From contig OZ076413.1 of the NCBI GenBank assembly GCA_964187785.1, positions 49,540,001-49,604,000 of the forward strand: DNA of 64,000 bases. Reading direction: 5' to 3'. This DNA is from Amphiscolops sp. MND2022 (lineage: Eukaryota). The position numbers and the translations under genes were made by a program. The notes beneath the pieces were generated by a model, which ran no database searches, was not told where the DNA came from, and was given only the letters and a program-made list of their open reading frames with translations. Shown here in pieces: positions 30,569 to 42,071 of the stretch. Within the stretch, counting starts at the first letter, position 1, and each line of letters begins with the position of its first letter.

Positions 30569-33500
30569 CCCGGGTTGACCGTCTTACTAGCACCTTGGCA
30601 ATCTTGGCAATCTTGGCAATCTTGCCAAATTCTTACTACATCTTGGCAACCATGGATCCCATGGCAAGATTCTTATTAAGATCTTACTAAGATGATACAT
30701 TATTCCAAGATCGTATCTTATTACGATAGACAAAATTCTAAGATTATAAAAAAAACATTATACCTTTGGCAGGAGCAGCCGAGACTTAATATAAACGTTC
30801 ATTTCACCCAAAAACGACTCTTTCTACTCGTTTTCATAATCAAAATGCTTCAACCTGCTTAAGGAATTTTGCATTCAAAATTGTGCGAAATATTATGATA
30901 ACGTATTCTGGCTTCCGAAATTCTGACGATAATTCTAATAACTCCTCACCAGTTTAAGACTGGTAAATGCGAATGTAAGCAAATGAAAACTCATTTCAAG
31001 GGCTTTTGAAAACTTGTAACTCATCACTTCTGTCGATTCTAGAGACGGAGAAAAACGCTCTCAAACGTCCATAACCATTGTCGGAAAGTTACACAGGGAA
31101 CACTAAGAAATCCGGAATATTTTCGTAAGTTCATATCTCCGTCTTTCTTTCAGCCTGCTTCAGCAGACGAATTGAAATGGTGGTCATTATCCCAGTTTGG
31201 GGAATTGTTACGACTGTTTACCGGAGTTGTTTTGGAATTAGTCGCAGTTGTTGGTAATACAGGTGTTGAGGTTCTAGCTACGGAGATGTTCTCAGGCTCA
31301 GAATAAGAATCCTGGTTGTTCAGATGGACTTGTTGTTTTTTATTTAATGGTTTTATGAGTTTTAGATTTCTTTTTGGTTTTCAGCTAACATATTTGGTAA
31401 ATCAGACATAATCTCTTTCCTCAAAGACGTTTTTATCTCGTTCAAGTTCTCAGATTGTATTCTAGGAGATTTGCTAGAACTTGCTATAAGAATTTCAGTA
31501 GGATCATTTTCAGCTACAGAGGCCTCAAAATCTCCAGAGACTAGCTCAGATACTGCTTTTTTCTTCTGGCTTCGAGTTGTCATTTTTCAGTTGAAAAATA
31601 GAGTTTTCGGAAAGAGGTGACTTCTTCGAAGAAAGTTTTAGTTTTACGTTGAACCAACGGAACAATTAAGTAGGGAACAATAATGGACTAACTAAATTTA
31701 CATGTAAGTCTTTCATTTTTATACCTTTTCAGCGTCAATTGTTCCTCACCTAAAATTTCCTAGGTATCACAAAAATCGGGTTTGTTCATCAAAAAGCGCT
31801 TATGATTCAAATCAGTTCAATCCCGCGTCAAAATATCAGGTATCAAATTTCCTAGTTGCGTCGCTACTCCGTAAAATCTCATGAAATCGTTTTTGTTCAG
31901 GCAACTCCATTTCCTGTTTGGACTTCAAAATTGCGGTAAAATAAAAGTCTAGTTGACATTTTCATCGACGAAGGCACGCCGGCGTGATCAATTAGTCAAC
32001 TCCCAAATTGGGAAGTTAATATCCGAAGCAAAAGTATGACACTCAAAAATATTAACGCAATCGAAACGGAACAAAAAATTTTAGGTACCGATAAAATATC
32101 TAATCACTGGTAAAGGAATAAATGATGCTGAAACGATGATACCAAATTTGAAAAGCATAAATTACCTGCTAATGGCATGCTACATTATACATCTTAAAAC
32201 ATGACTTAAGTTCAATACGGGACTTCAACGAAACGTAATTATGATTATACTGCAAATTACATGAATATAACGTACTGCATGAAAACCAACTTCAACACTT
32301 TACATAACAATTTCAAGATTAATCAGGATACAAACACCTTCCAATTATCGACATAATTGTCGTTGGTATAAAACAGAGCCACTATCATCAAGTGGAAAGC
32401 AGAAGATTAACGTTGATCTTACGTTGCATTCTGAAATGATTGTTAAGTTGGATATCCTTACTCTGATAAGTAGATTGATACTGAATATATGGAAAAATCC
32501 TGTTGCAACGTAAAGAAGACGTGATTATGAAATTAATATCTTGGCACAATTTGTTAGGTTCCAAAAGCACAGTTTTTATTTCTCTCCTACAGCATAGCTT
32601 TCCTTGTATGAAGACTTATGTCTAAAATTGTTTTAGATGCGTCGATTCAAGAAAAACCTCGTTTGAAATTCGTTCGAACTATATACTTTAGGGCAACAAT
32701 CTTACAATTCGCTTCGTAGATGCTCCATACGTATTAAGATTAGTTATAGGTATTCAGCGGAACCCAATTTTACAATGTGCTCCGTAGCCGCTCCGTACGT
32801 ATTAGGATTAGTTGTAGCTGAGCAGCGGTGGCTGATGGAGAGAAAACGGGGAGCTTAGTTGATTCCATTCTCTTTCTCTCAGCTAGTTGGCGTTGCTAGG
32901 GGCTACCAAGCACGATTCTATTAGCTTGAGCTCAAATAATTCAGTTAAGGAGCGACGCTATTGGTCCGTAAAAGTAGAAACACCGGTTACTAACTTAGTT
33001 GAGTAGTAACGCTGTCGTAACGTTGTAAACATTTGCTTAAAATCACTTAACTCGGGTTTTAAGTGGATATTGACAACTAACCCAATACTGGAGAACATTT
33101 TCTCTATACTATCTTGTATGTTCTTTTCATTTTAGATTGTATGAACTCCGTTGGGATCACGGAGTTGAGTATTATCGTTAATGTTTTCATTTTAGTATGG
33201 GGAAGAAAGAAATGATCCCATTTTGAAAAATGTTTCTGTTTTAATATTTATATTGGTATGGAAATTTCAGAAGCTAAAACCGGAAATAGAGAGTAGTTTT
33301 TTGCATGAAAACATTAAACCGGAAATTTTAACTAATCTAAAATCATTTCCAAAAATACTCCGTAACGCTTACGTTGGATTTTGTGTTCGGAAGATTGTCT
33401 ACGAGTAATTTAGCTATACTGTAAGTAGAATTAGAATAATAGTTTAATGATACTTGCAATATCCACGGCCACGTCCTCTTCCAATCGCGAAGCACCATTC

Positions 33501-33853
33501 ACGACCACGACCGGGAGCGGGTCGTGACAGCAATGATTCAGCTCGAGGCTTTTCTGACGCCGTAGTTGGCGACGATTTTGCAATTGATGGAACAATTTAA
33601 TCAGTGCCTCCAATAAACAAGATCAGGACTTTTCAATCAAAGTTTATACTTTGCTTACAGAAATTTTTTTCTGGCCAAATAGGGTTCTGCAATAGAATTT
33701 TTCTTGGGAACATGGCTCTCTTGATAAGATCTTACCATGACATCTTGCAATTCTTGGCAATATCTTGGCAAGATCTTAGCTAAGATTTTTCCAAGATCTT
33801 GGCAAGATCTTGCCAAGATCTTACTAAGATATCCATGGAGGGTCGACCCTGGG
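30569..33853. mobile_element. Non-autonomous TIR element with TCTTGGCAA/AAGATCTT subterminal repeats, interrupted by a solo LTR
   Basis: Ends CCCGGGTTGACC / GGTCGACCCTGGG; repeat blocks at 30590-30710 and 33720-33835. It splits a repeat that is contiguous at about 9290-9560. Confidence 0.7.
31206..33427 (-). mobile_element. Probable solo LTR of the gag-in-LTR group (right boundary uncertain)
   Basis: ORF MTTRSQKKK (ATG 31583), after one frameshift, runs to ..PVNSRN and stops at GTCGTAACA, then enters unrelated DNA. Possible GAAT TSD. Confidence 0.6.
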
Positions 33854-35525
33854 ACTTATTTCTTTTGTCGAATTTCCTTTGATTTGAAGCCGTCGTTTTG
33901 AATTGTTGGGTCTTTGTTCTTACCAATTTTTCGCGTCAACGTCAAGACGGAAATTTCAAATGTTGAAAAACAATTTTGTTGACAATAAATTTGTTTTAAA
34001 GTGGTCACGCAATTTTGACTTCCTCTAATGAAGTAAAATTTACAGCTCACTGAGTAAATAACTTCACTCAGATTGTTTTGTACCAGCAGTACTTTGTCTT
34101 CATCAAGCAGCTGTGGCCTCTTCCGAACTCTGTTCGTTGGCATCCACAAGCCAGTCCTCTTGCGTTCTTTGTATTTTTTCTTGGCTGAAGGTACTTTTCT
34201 TGTTTGATGGACTGGGATATGCACTGAAGCCCCAATAGTAGTGGAGTATTACAGCCCCGAAAGGTTCCAAAACGACATATTCTTAATGCTTGAGCGTTGC
34301 AAAGGATCCCACCAAATTAAACATTTTGACACTGTCAGTGTCAAAATGCCGATTTGTTTGAAAGAATAATTCTAAGTTTCAGTCAATTATCTGTATTTTG
34401 TTGTTACACTGATTGGAAAGTTAAATCCATAAAAACATCCAAATCGTGTACAAACGTGAAAAAATTGTCGAGAATTGAAGTAACTAATTTTTTTGGTTCA
34501 TTTATAATTGTCTCTGAAACGTAGAACATCATATTTCTGTATAAAAGCGTTCAAAAATTTACAAATTAGTTATTGTTGAATTCTTTGGTCACTCATTTGA
34601 TCAAAAACACATGAAACTTACACACTTACACTTCACATGATGAAAAATACGAGAAAAAATCCAACTCAACCTCTACGGATATTTGTGTTTTCCTATATGA
34701 TGTTCCGCCCCAGTCAGCCCATAGTTTATAATATATTTTATCTTCAAAATCTCTCTCTTTAGTAACAACTGGCTGACCCAGTTGTACCATTTCGCAAAAT
34801 TTGAATTAGGTAACATGCATTTTGTTTCCTTTCCTATGATCGTTTTCTATCTGACTGGTAACCTTTGAAGTTGATGGTCTTAAGGTTTTGCTTGTTCTGA
34901 TCTTGGGCATGCTGCCACCAAGACCCTTTGGTCTCTTTTTTTGAGTTATTATCTCAAATCTTGTTGATTTCTTGCCTAACGTCTGCTACATGGCTTCCAC
35001 TTCCATCAATTACCCTCTGGATCTAAAATTGAATTTCCGTTCTACCTTCACAAGGATCTGTTTTTGTTGCCCCGTTTCCTAACTTCTTGGCTATTTTGGA
35101 AGTCGGCATTTTCCAGAAAAAATTACATTCAGTATATTAATCAAGTATTGAGTATAGCGATTCAAGTTTGATACTTGCGAATATACTTCTGAGTAGCTTC
35201 CCTTCTTTCTAAAAAACGAAGCTCGACCTGGATCTTTTGTTTCGCGAGGAAAATTTAAGTCTCCGACGTGCGGAGCAGTCATTCAAGATTGAGGGAAAGA
35301 TCAACCAAATTGAGAAATAACTATCAATATTGTACATTGGAGGAGAGTCCGATTTCATAAATGATGAGGACGAACCTCAGAAATTGAGAAGAGGTTGAAT
35401 GCTGAATATGAGACTGGATTCTCTCAAAGTTGTACAAGCAGTGGTTTAGTTTTACTTCTTCAATTCGTCAGTACATTGAGTAACATGATCATAACATAAC
35501 TGATAATCAAGTCCCACATCACCAT

Positions 35526-36820
35526 GATGTCAAAAAAACTTGCGTTCATTATGACCGCTTTAACTTCTCATGAAGCTTAGTACAGCTATGTTATGTCCTC
35601 TTGTTCAGCCTGTTAAGTGTTTTTCTTCTGTTCTTTTTTTTAGTTTTTGCTATCTGAATATTAGAGCTTTTTCATTCAAACTTTTTCACAGCTGCGAGAT
35701 TCATTTAGGGTCAGACAAATCCAATAGGCAATTTCACAAGAACATAGAATGAAGACCCGAAACCACTTGAATTTCGATTCAAAATAACCACTCGAAATAG
35801 GAATAAACTTCTGTAATTTTCATTTATTGTCTCTCAAATCTGTCTTCTTTTCTCATTCTCCAGAAGAATATAATGGAAAGATTTGGAACAAGAACGTAAA
35901 GGAAGTAGCCAAAAAGGAAAATACGATAACGCATCAAGGAAGCCGAGTCAGAAAGCGAAACACAGACACCACACAAATGCTGAACACCATCGAATTTGGA
36001 TCTGGGGACAATACAACAACAGCTCAAGAACAAAACAGGCACCTGTCAATCGAATCACCAAGAAGCCAAGTCATTTCTGCCGCACTTACCCAAATATGTT
36101 GTTTCGACAAATAAAAACCAATTAGTGTTAGCTGGAATTACCAACGACACTACTAGATTCCACCATATCCTCGCTGTAATCCCAGAAAATGTTGCGTCTC
36201 AACATAGAAATTGAAGAATACAATCGTCGAGATAAGAATAACCATCATCAACTGCAGCCATCCACAGTGCCCACAGACGTTCAGTGCATTTGTCAGCAAC
36301 CTTACAACAGGGAATAGATAAAATGTAGCAACAACAACTAAAAAATTGCAAGGTGTCATTATGACTACGTGTCACTCCGAAAACGTCCAATAACATTTTC
36401 GTTGTATCCAAACTGCAAATATTCTTCAAACACCGACAGACTAACAATCTTTGGTCCTGCGGAACCGAATTTCAGCAGATGTGAACGACAACAGAAACAC
36501 TAAACCTTTGGGATTTGTGTTTTTTTGCCTTTCACATTTTTTGCTCCTATGAAAGATGTTGTTGAAGCTAGTGTAAACCGAATGTCTACCATCTTTCATG
36601 CTATTATGTTTCTAGTGGACTCCGTTTTGGCAGGAAGAAAGCGTTGTTGACTTCTCAATGAAAGCTTAGTGCAACTATAACAAGTAATTTGGTTCAGCTT
36701 GTTCTGAATTATGTTCGATCTGAACAATACAGCTGCTTCATTCTAACTGTTTCAAAGCTGCGACTTTCATTTAGATTTTTACAACTTTTTTGCATTTTGA
36801 AAGAAGCCTAGAACATCACA
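35526..36820 (+). mobile_element. Old, internally deleted LTR element with a gag remnant
   Basis: Diverged direct repeats (about 35526-35768 and 36630-36820) flank frameshifted gag-like text (QLVLAGITNDTTRFHHILAVIPENVA). Confidence 0.45.
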
Positions 36821-39798
36821 GTGTTGTTACCGCAAATCCATGAGCGATTTTTCAGCATGCATTAAATGGGATAATGTAATTGTTAACAAAATTTTCGTGG
36901 CGCAAAAATTGCAAAATAGTGCTTACCTAGGAAATCGGCATATCTCAGGAACCAGACTTGTGGATAGTTGATATGGAGGTTTGATTCTCCGGGGTAATAT
37001 CTCACTACAATATGCTACGGTTTCAAGTTTACTGTCAAATGGTGAAAATATTGTCATCGTTGAGCTTAGGTTTCCAAAAATGAGCTGTGACCTCAGCGAG
37101 ATTACAAAAGTCTGCCTTACCTATTTGTATTTGTTTTCTTCATCATTAGCGTTTTTCTTGAAACTATTCACAAAAAACTTGCTCAAAACCCAACAACTTT
37201 GAGATCAGACTGTTTTGGAACACAATATGCTCCAGCAGTCACACGTATCAAATTACAACAAAGAAAAAGAATTATCTTATTGCATTGTTTGTTCGGAGAA
37301 AATTTTTTCTTCAAAAAGAAGAACCGAAAATCGAACACATGTTTCCGAAGCTGCAAAGACTGGTCAAAAAATGTAACTTTTCCCGTTGTTTTTTTCCTCA
37401 AAATCATTAAAAAGTTCGTTAATCATTGGCTACGCCCGATCGACAAAAGTTTGTCAGGCTGAACGGAATCAAGGCCCAAACTGTTTTTGCTACCCAGCGG
37501 TCATAGTGTTTTTAGTGGACACTTTTTAAACAAATATTTACAGTCACCTACAAAAGCAAGTTTTTTTAGAACCACAGGCCACACACTGAATTGTCCCAAC
37601 AGTTTTGAGATCACACTATTTTGGAACCTAATATGCTCCAGCAGTCACACGTATCCAATTACAACAAAAAAACGAATCATCTTATTGCATTTTACAGACT
37701 TTGCGCATAAACTTTAGACGCTACCCGATTTAGCCCAAAGAAGCTAAACGTCACTAATTTCAGTTTTTCAACTACTTAGGGTCAAATGTTTAGGAGGGGA
37801 AAAAGTCTCCCGCTGTGCAGTTTTTTCCAAAAATTACTTGCAAAAAAGTTCCCCAGTTTGCATATGTTGATGTTTTGGGTAGGAGAGATCTCTATGCTTG
37901 TACCAAAAGCTTCTTTATGGTTTTTTGGCGCTCTTGTGTTTTATGTGACTTTTTCCTCAAAAACACCCTTAGAATAAATGAAAAAACTTTGCTCTTCTTG
38001 AGTCTTGAGCGTTTGTCGACTTGAGATGTTATCGCTTTGTTGTCATAACCTGAATTGTTTGTGATTACCACAGGAAAGAAAATAGACCCAACTTTTATCT
38101 TGGAGGTAGGCTGCAGCTTCCGTCTTCGTTGTAAGACAGATAACCATCGCAGAGAGCTGCCTGCGACAATATGATTTTGTTTTGGTCAGTAACTATTATA
38201 TAGTTGACATTGCTTATGCTTCCTGGTCGCACTGACGTTTGTTACATGTCACTGTACACGTACACTTAAGTAGTTCCTTCATCAACAACCTCGCAAGTTA
38301 GGACGCGACTCAACCGGCTGTCCTAGGTCACAATTGTGGCAAACGTTAGTTGCAATTGTGCCAAAACCGGTATGTCTAAAATATACAATTTATCTTTTAA
38401 CACCTTCGGTCGCTTTCGGGTTCGCGTCACTACATACACCACACACAAGATTAAATTTTCCATAAAGTAATATGAAGATGATTCCTGTTCTACATTTGCA
38501 TTAGGTTTTACATGCGATTTGAACCTTTTCTTTGCTTAAAATTGAAAGGAAACAATCTGGACGTTTTTCGTGCAATCCAAACCTTGTCTTGCAAGATCCG
38601 TCCAAGAATCTAGCAGGAAACGTCTGAATCTGCAAAAAATGTCTGATCGGACAGAATCTGACATGTTTGTCTGAGATGAAAGATACTTGAAAGATACTTG
38701 CAGATATTGGCTGTTAGGTTCCACTTCTGCGAGATTCTTGCATGGCAAGAAATGTATGGTAGTTCGTCTGGGGAAGTCATGCATCTATCAAACTCTGCGT
38801 CGAAAACAGTTTGTGGTAACAGTATTCGTTGTATGAGAAAATTTTGAAAAACGAAATCGGTTTGGAAGCTTTGAGAAATTTGACAGTCGTTTTAAAATGG
38901 TCGTCCCACGTTTTCAATTGGTTTTTCTATGCACCAACAAATCTAAATACGCCATTTTGGCGCTCAGGAGACACAAGACTTTCAGCATGCCCTCATATTC
39001 TAATTGAAATGTCATGTTTTGAGTATCATTTTCTTATGAAAATACGCTACTTGTTTATCCGTGAAGCGGAACTTTGGAAGAATGAAACGGAAAAAAAGAC
39101 AGAAAAGGATAAACTTCAAAATCCCGTCTCTGATTTCAATGCCAAAAATGAAGCAAGTTTAAAACGTCGTTGATATGTGATGCAAGTTGAGACAGTTGTA
39201 AAAGTGTGGAGTACTTTCATCACATGCATGATTTTTACAACCTCCAGCCATGAACAGTGACCAAAATGAGGAAAAGTTGAATGGTTTACAGCGTCCCCAT
39301 TGGCTTGTCGTGAAAAACGGCGTTGGATCATAATGAGAATAGTAAGTGTGCTGTTGAAACTGCCATCTTCATTATACTTAAGTCAGACTATGGATTCATA
39401 ACTAGCACGGCTTGTATTTAATAACACAACATATAATCCATCTTCTCAAGTAATAAACAGCATGGTTTAACAAGTGTGCGTTGCCTTTTTTTGTAGAGTT
39501 CATTTTTTGTGGACATAACAGTGAATTAATCAAATGGCCCATAATGCGTTATTCAAAGTTTTATAATTTTATAGGGACATTCTTATAGAGTGCAATGTCA
39601 TTTTCATGCACAAAGTCTTGAAAGTTATAAATACTCAGTGCTATTTTCTAACTTTGACTTTATCAAAGATGTAACTGTGATGTAACGTTCAATAAAATCC
39701 AAAAGTACCTGTTACATTTAACTTTGAAATTCTGAGCAGTTTGAAGCTTGTGAATTTATAGAACTTATAGAAACTACACGTCTTGAATGATAAATTAG

Positions 39799-40072
39799 AG
39801 TAGTAGTGGAAATCCCGATACGGGCCACAAAAACCCCAAAAATTAAAAGTCCTCAAAACCATTGATTTTAAGCACTTTTTAGAAAACAAATCATCAAAAA
39901 TAGTGTTTTTACCATGAAGCAAATTCGCGAAGCTTCGCACCAACCTCTATGATGCGCGAAAGCTATCGCGAAAGCTATCGCGAAACTACGCACGAAGCTA
40001 CGCAATGTGTAATAATAACACGTTGCTGTACAGCCAGCATTAATGCACAACCAGCATTAATGCACAACCAGC
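39799..40072 (+). repeat. Left TIR (274 bp)
   Basis: Reverse complement of 54359-54632 with one mismatch seen (39817 vs 54614); inner 17-bp repeats CCAGCATTAATGCACAA. Confidence 0.96.
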
Positions 40073-40126
40073 GTTAATGTACCGGCGCATACGTTATTCT
40101 TATATAACTACAACTAACATTGATTC

Positions 40127-40380
40127 GTCTCCCATAGCTTAGTGGTTATAGCATTGACTAAAGTTAAGGCTTCGGCCGGAGTGTTTGGGGTTCACTTCTA
40201 TCCAACGTCCCCCAGTCTTTGTTACAACTTACATGTTATGGGAGAACAATCACCAATGGCACAGTTCTTAAAAAGGATAATCCCTGCTGTGGAAACTCTT
40301 AGTGGAACGGACTCCCGATGGGCTTTGAGTTTACCATAGGCATGCCAATGCATATGCTAATGAGCATGCCTATGGGTTTT
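40127..40380 (+). ncRNA. Candidate Pol III-transcribed structured RNA
   Basis: TATA-like CTTATATAA about 25 bp upstream; A box TAGCTTAGTGG (40135-40145); near-B box GTTCACTTC (40190-40198); several stems; first T4 run directly after a 12-bp hairpin. Confidence 0.5.
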
Positions 40381-40420
40381 GCGTAGCTTCGCGTATTTTT
40401 CAACTTTTTCATCTTAATAA

Positions 40421-41245
40421 ATGTATGAAACTCCGTCTCTTCATAAGTTTGGTTATTCTAGTGAACAGCTAAAATTGAGGGAATATCAGGAGCTAAAAGA
40501 TATGATAAAAAGTCAAGAAAAATTAGCCCAAATAACCCATTCCAAATTAAAAGAAGATTTGCAACGTGATTTTGAAAATGACATAGAAAATCAAGAGAAA
40601 TTAATAGAAGAAAAAATGCTAGACGCGGTAGCTATCGCGAAGGGGCATCAAACACTAGACCCACAGGAAATTCAAGATGTTTTATTAAACACAAAGTTAA
40701 TGAATGATATTTATTCCCAGTTTTCAGACCTTTCAAAAACCATAAATAAATTAGAACAAAATATGAAAAAATCTTTCGCCGAACAAAGAACTGCTTTAGT
40801 AAATGAAGTACTAAATTTAATACACAACAATAGTTTTGAAATGTTAACAGTCCGTAATTTAAAGTTTATGAGTCAGGTGGGTCAAGCTGGAATGATTTTA
40901 AATGAAGATGAAATAAATAATATTCTTAATAGCCTCGATCAAAATAAAATTACTATAACTAACAACATAATTCAACTGCTTTATGACAAAGGCTTGTTCG
41001 ATTCCTTTCCCAATAAAGATCAAGCTTTTGCAAATTATCTAACTTTTAGTGAATCCTATTTAAAGGAAAAGTATGGAAAAACAATACCTACTTCAGATGG
41101 TGAATATTATCTGTCGGATTTAGAATATTCTACCAGACAATCAATTCTGGAGTCATTGAAAAAAGATTCCTATAAAGACCTTGTTGATATGAAACACAGA
41201 ATGAAATTAACACCAACGGAAATAAATTTCATTTTATATGATTAA
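40421..41245 (+). CDS. Coiled-coil hypothetical protein, 274 aa
   Basis: ORF preceded by the element's TAATAAATG motif. Confidence 0.8.
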   Translation: MYETPSLHKFGYSSEQLKLREYQELKDMIKSQEKLAQITHSKLKEDLQRDFENDIENQEKLIEEKMLDAVAIAKGHQTLDPQEIQDVLLNTKLMNDIYSQFSDLSKTINKLEQNMKKSFAEQRTALVNEVLNLIHNNSFEMLTVRNLKFMSQVGQAGMILNEDEINNILNSLDQNKITITNNIIQLLYDKGLFDSFPNKDQAFANYLTFSESYLKEKYGKTIPTSDGEYYLSDLEYSTRQSILESLKKDSYKDLVDMKHRMKLTPTEINFILYD

Positions 41246-41248
41246 TAA

Positions 41249-41959
41249 ATGGAACAAAAACTCTATCCCTCTCTGACCCCCGCGACAGCTAACGCAACGG
41301 CCTCTCCCCCCACACCATATGATGTAGAATCAATGATAAATAAGCGATTGCATAGCGCGTTGCAAAGCGAATTACAAAAAGTAAATAGTTTCAATAATTC
41401 TATTCAAAACATTAGTCTAATGATGAAATATTATGAAATGGAAGAAAAGAAATACAAACAGAAATACAACAAATACAAGCTAATAAATAACTTAATTAAC
41501 TCCCTCGATGGCATTATAGTGATTGGAACAACTTCAGCATCAATCTCACTAAGTATTACTGGTGTGGGTATTATAGTTGTTCCAATCGCTGCAGGAGTTG
41601 GTTGTACAACTGGTATTCTTGTTAAGATTTGTTCCGGTTATTTGAAGAAAAAGGAGCAAAATTATAAACTTAAGTACACTATTATTCAGAAGACTCTTGA
41701 CGACTTTAGACAACTTTATGTCGCTAGCCTAAAAGACAACTGTATAGATGAAAAAGAATATCATCGATTTGTGACTCAATTTGAAAATTATCAGGCGACA
41801 GCTAACGCGACAGCTAACGCGACAGCTAACACAGCTTCACAGGAAATTCACACAAAATCACACAAAATCACAGCTTCGCATACAAAATCACAAGTAGCTT
41901 CACACACAGCTTCACACACACCACCAACAGTACCACTTAAACCACACAATTTTTTATAA
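41249..41959 (+). CDS. Membrane-active-type protein with a Gly-rich hydrophobic hairpin between coiled coils, 236 aa
   Basis: GIIVIGTTSASISLSITGVGIIVVPIAAGVGCTTGILV; resembles the 'gasderminX'-type ORFs of adintoviruses (from recall). Confidence 0.65.
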   Translation: MEQKLYPSLTPATANATASPPTPYDVESMINKRLHSALQSELQKVNSFNNSIQNISLMMKYYEMEEKKYKQKYNKYKLINNLINSLDGIIVIGTTSASISLSITGVGIIVVPIAAGVGCTTGILVKICSGYLKKKEQNYKLKYTIIQKTLDDFRQLYVASLKDNCIDEKEYHRFVTQFENYQATANATANATANTASQEIHTKSHKITASHTKSQVASHTASHTPPTVPLKPHNFL

Positions 41960-42071
41960 TTAATTTATTCAATTTTAACATAAAAAATAAAATAAAAATT
42001 AACACTAATAATTGAAAAATATACTATTGAAAAATATGCTGCTATTAAATTCATAAATTTATTATAAATAA

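Noticed and set aside
37198..37692. Approximately 90-bp direct repeat (37198 and 37604)
   Set aside because: Ordinary diverged local duplication with no termini or coding signal.
38829..39560. Possible piggyBac-like transposase remnant
   Set aside because: Only a faint resemblance across broken frames; no catalytic motif or termini could be supported.
39868..40050. Identical 60-aa ORFs here and at 54381-54563
   Set aside because: A by-product of the TIRs; no start motif.
40127..40200. Canonical tRNA gene
   Set aside because: D-arm-like start, but a 4-nt anticodon-position loop, no proper T-loop and no acceptor stem at tRNA distance.
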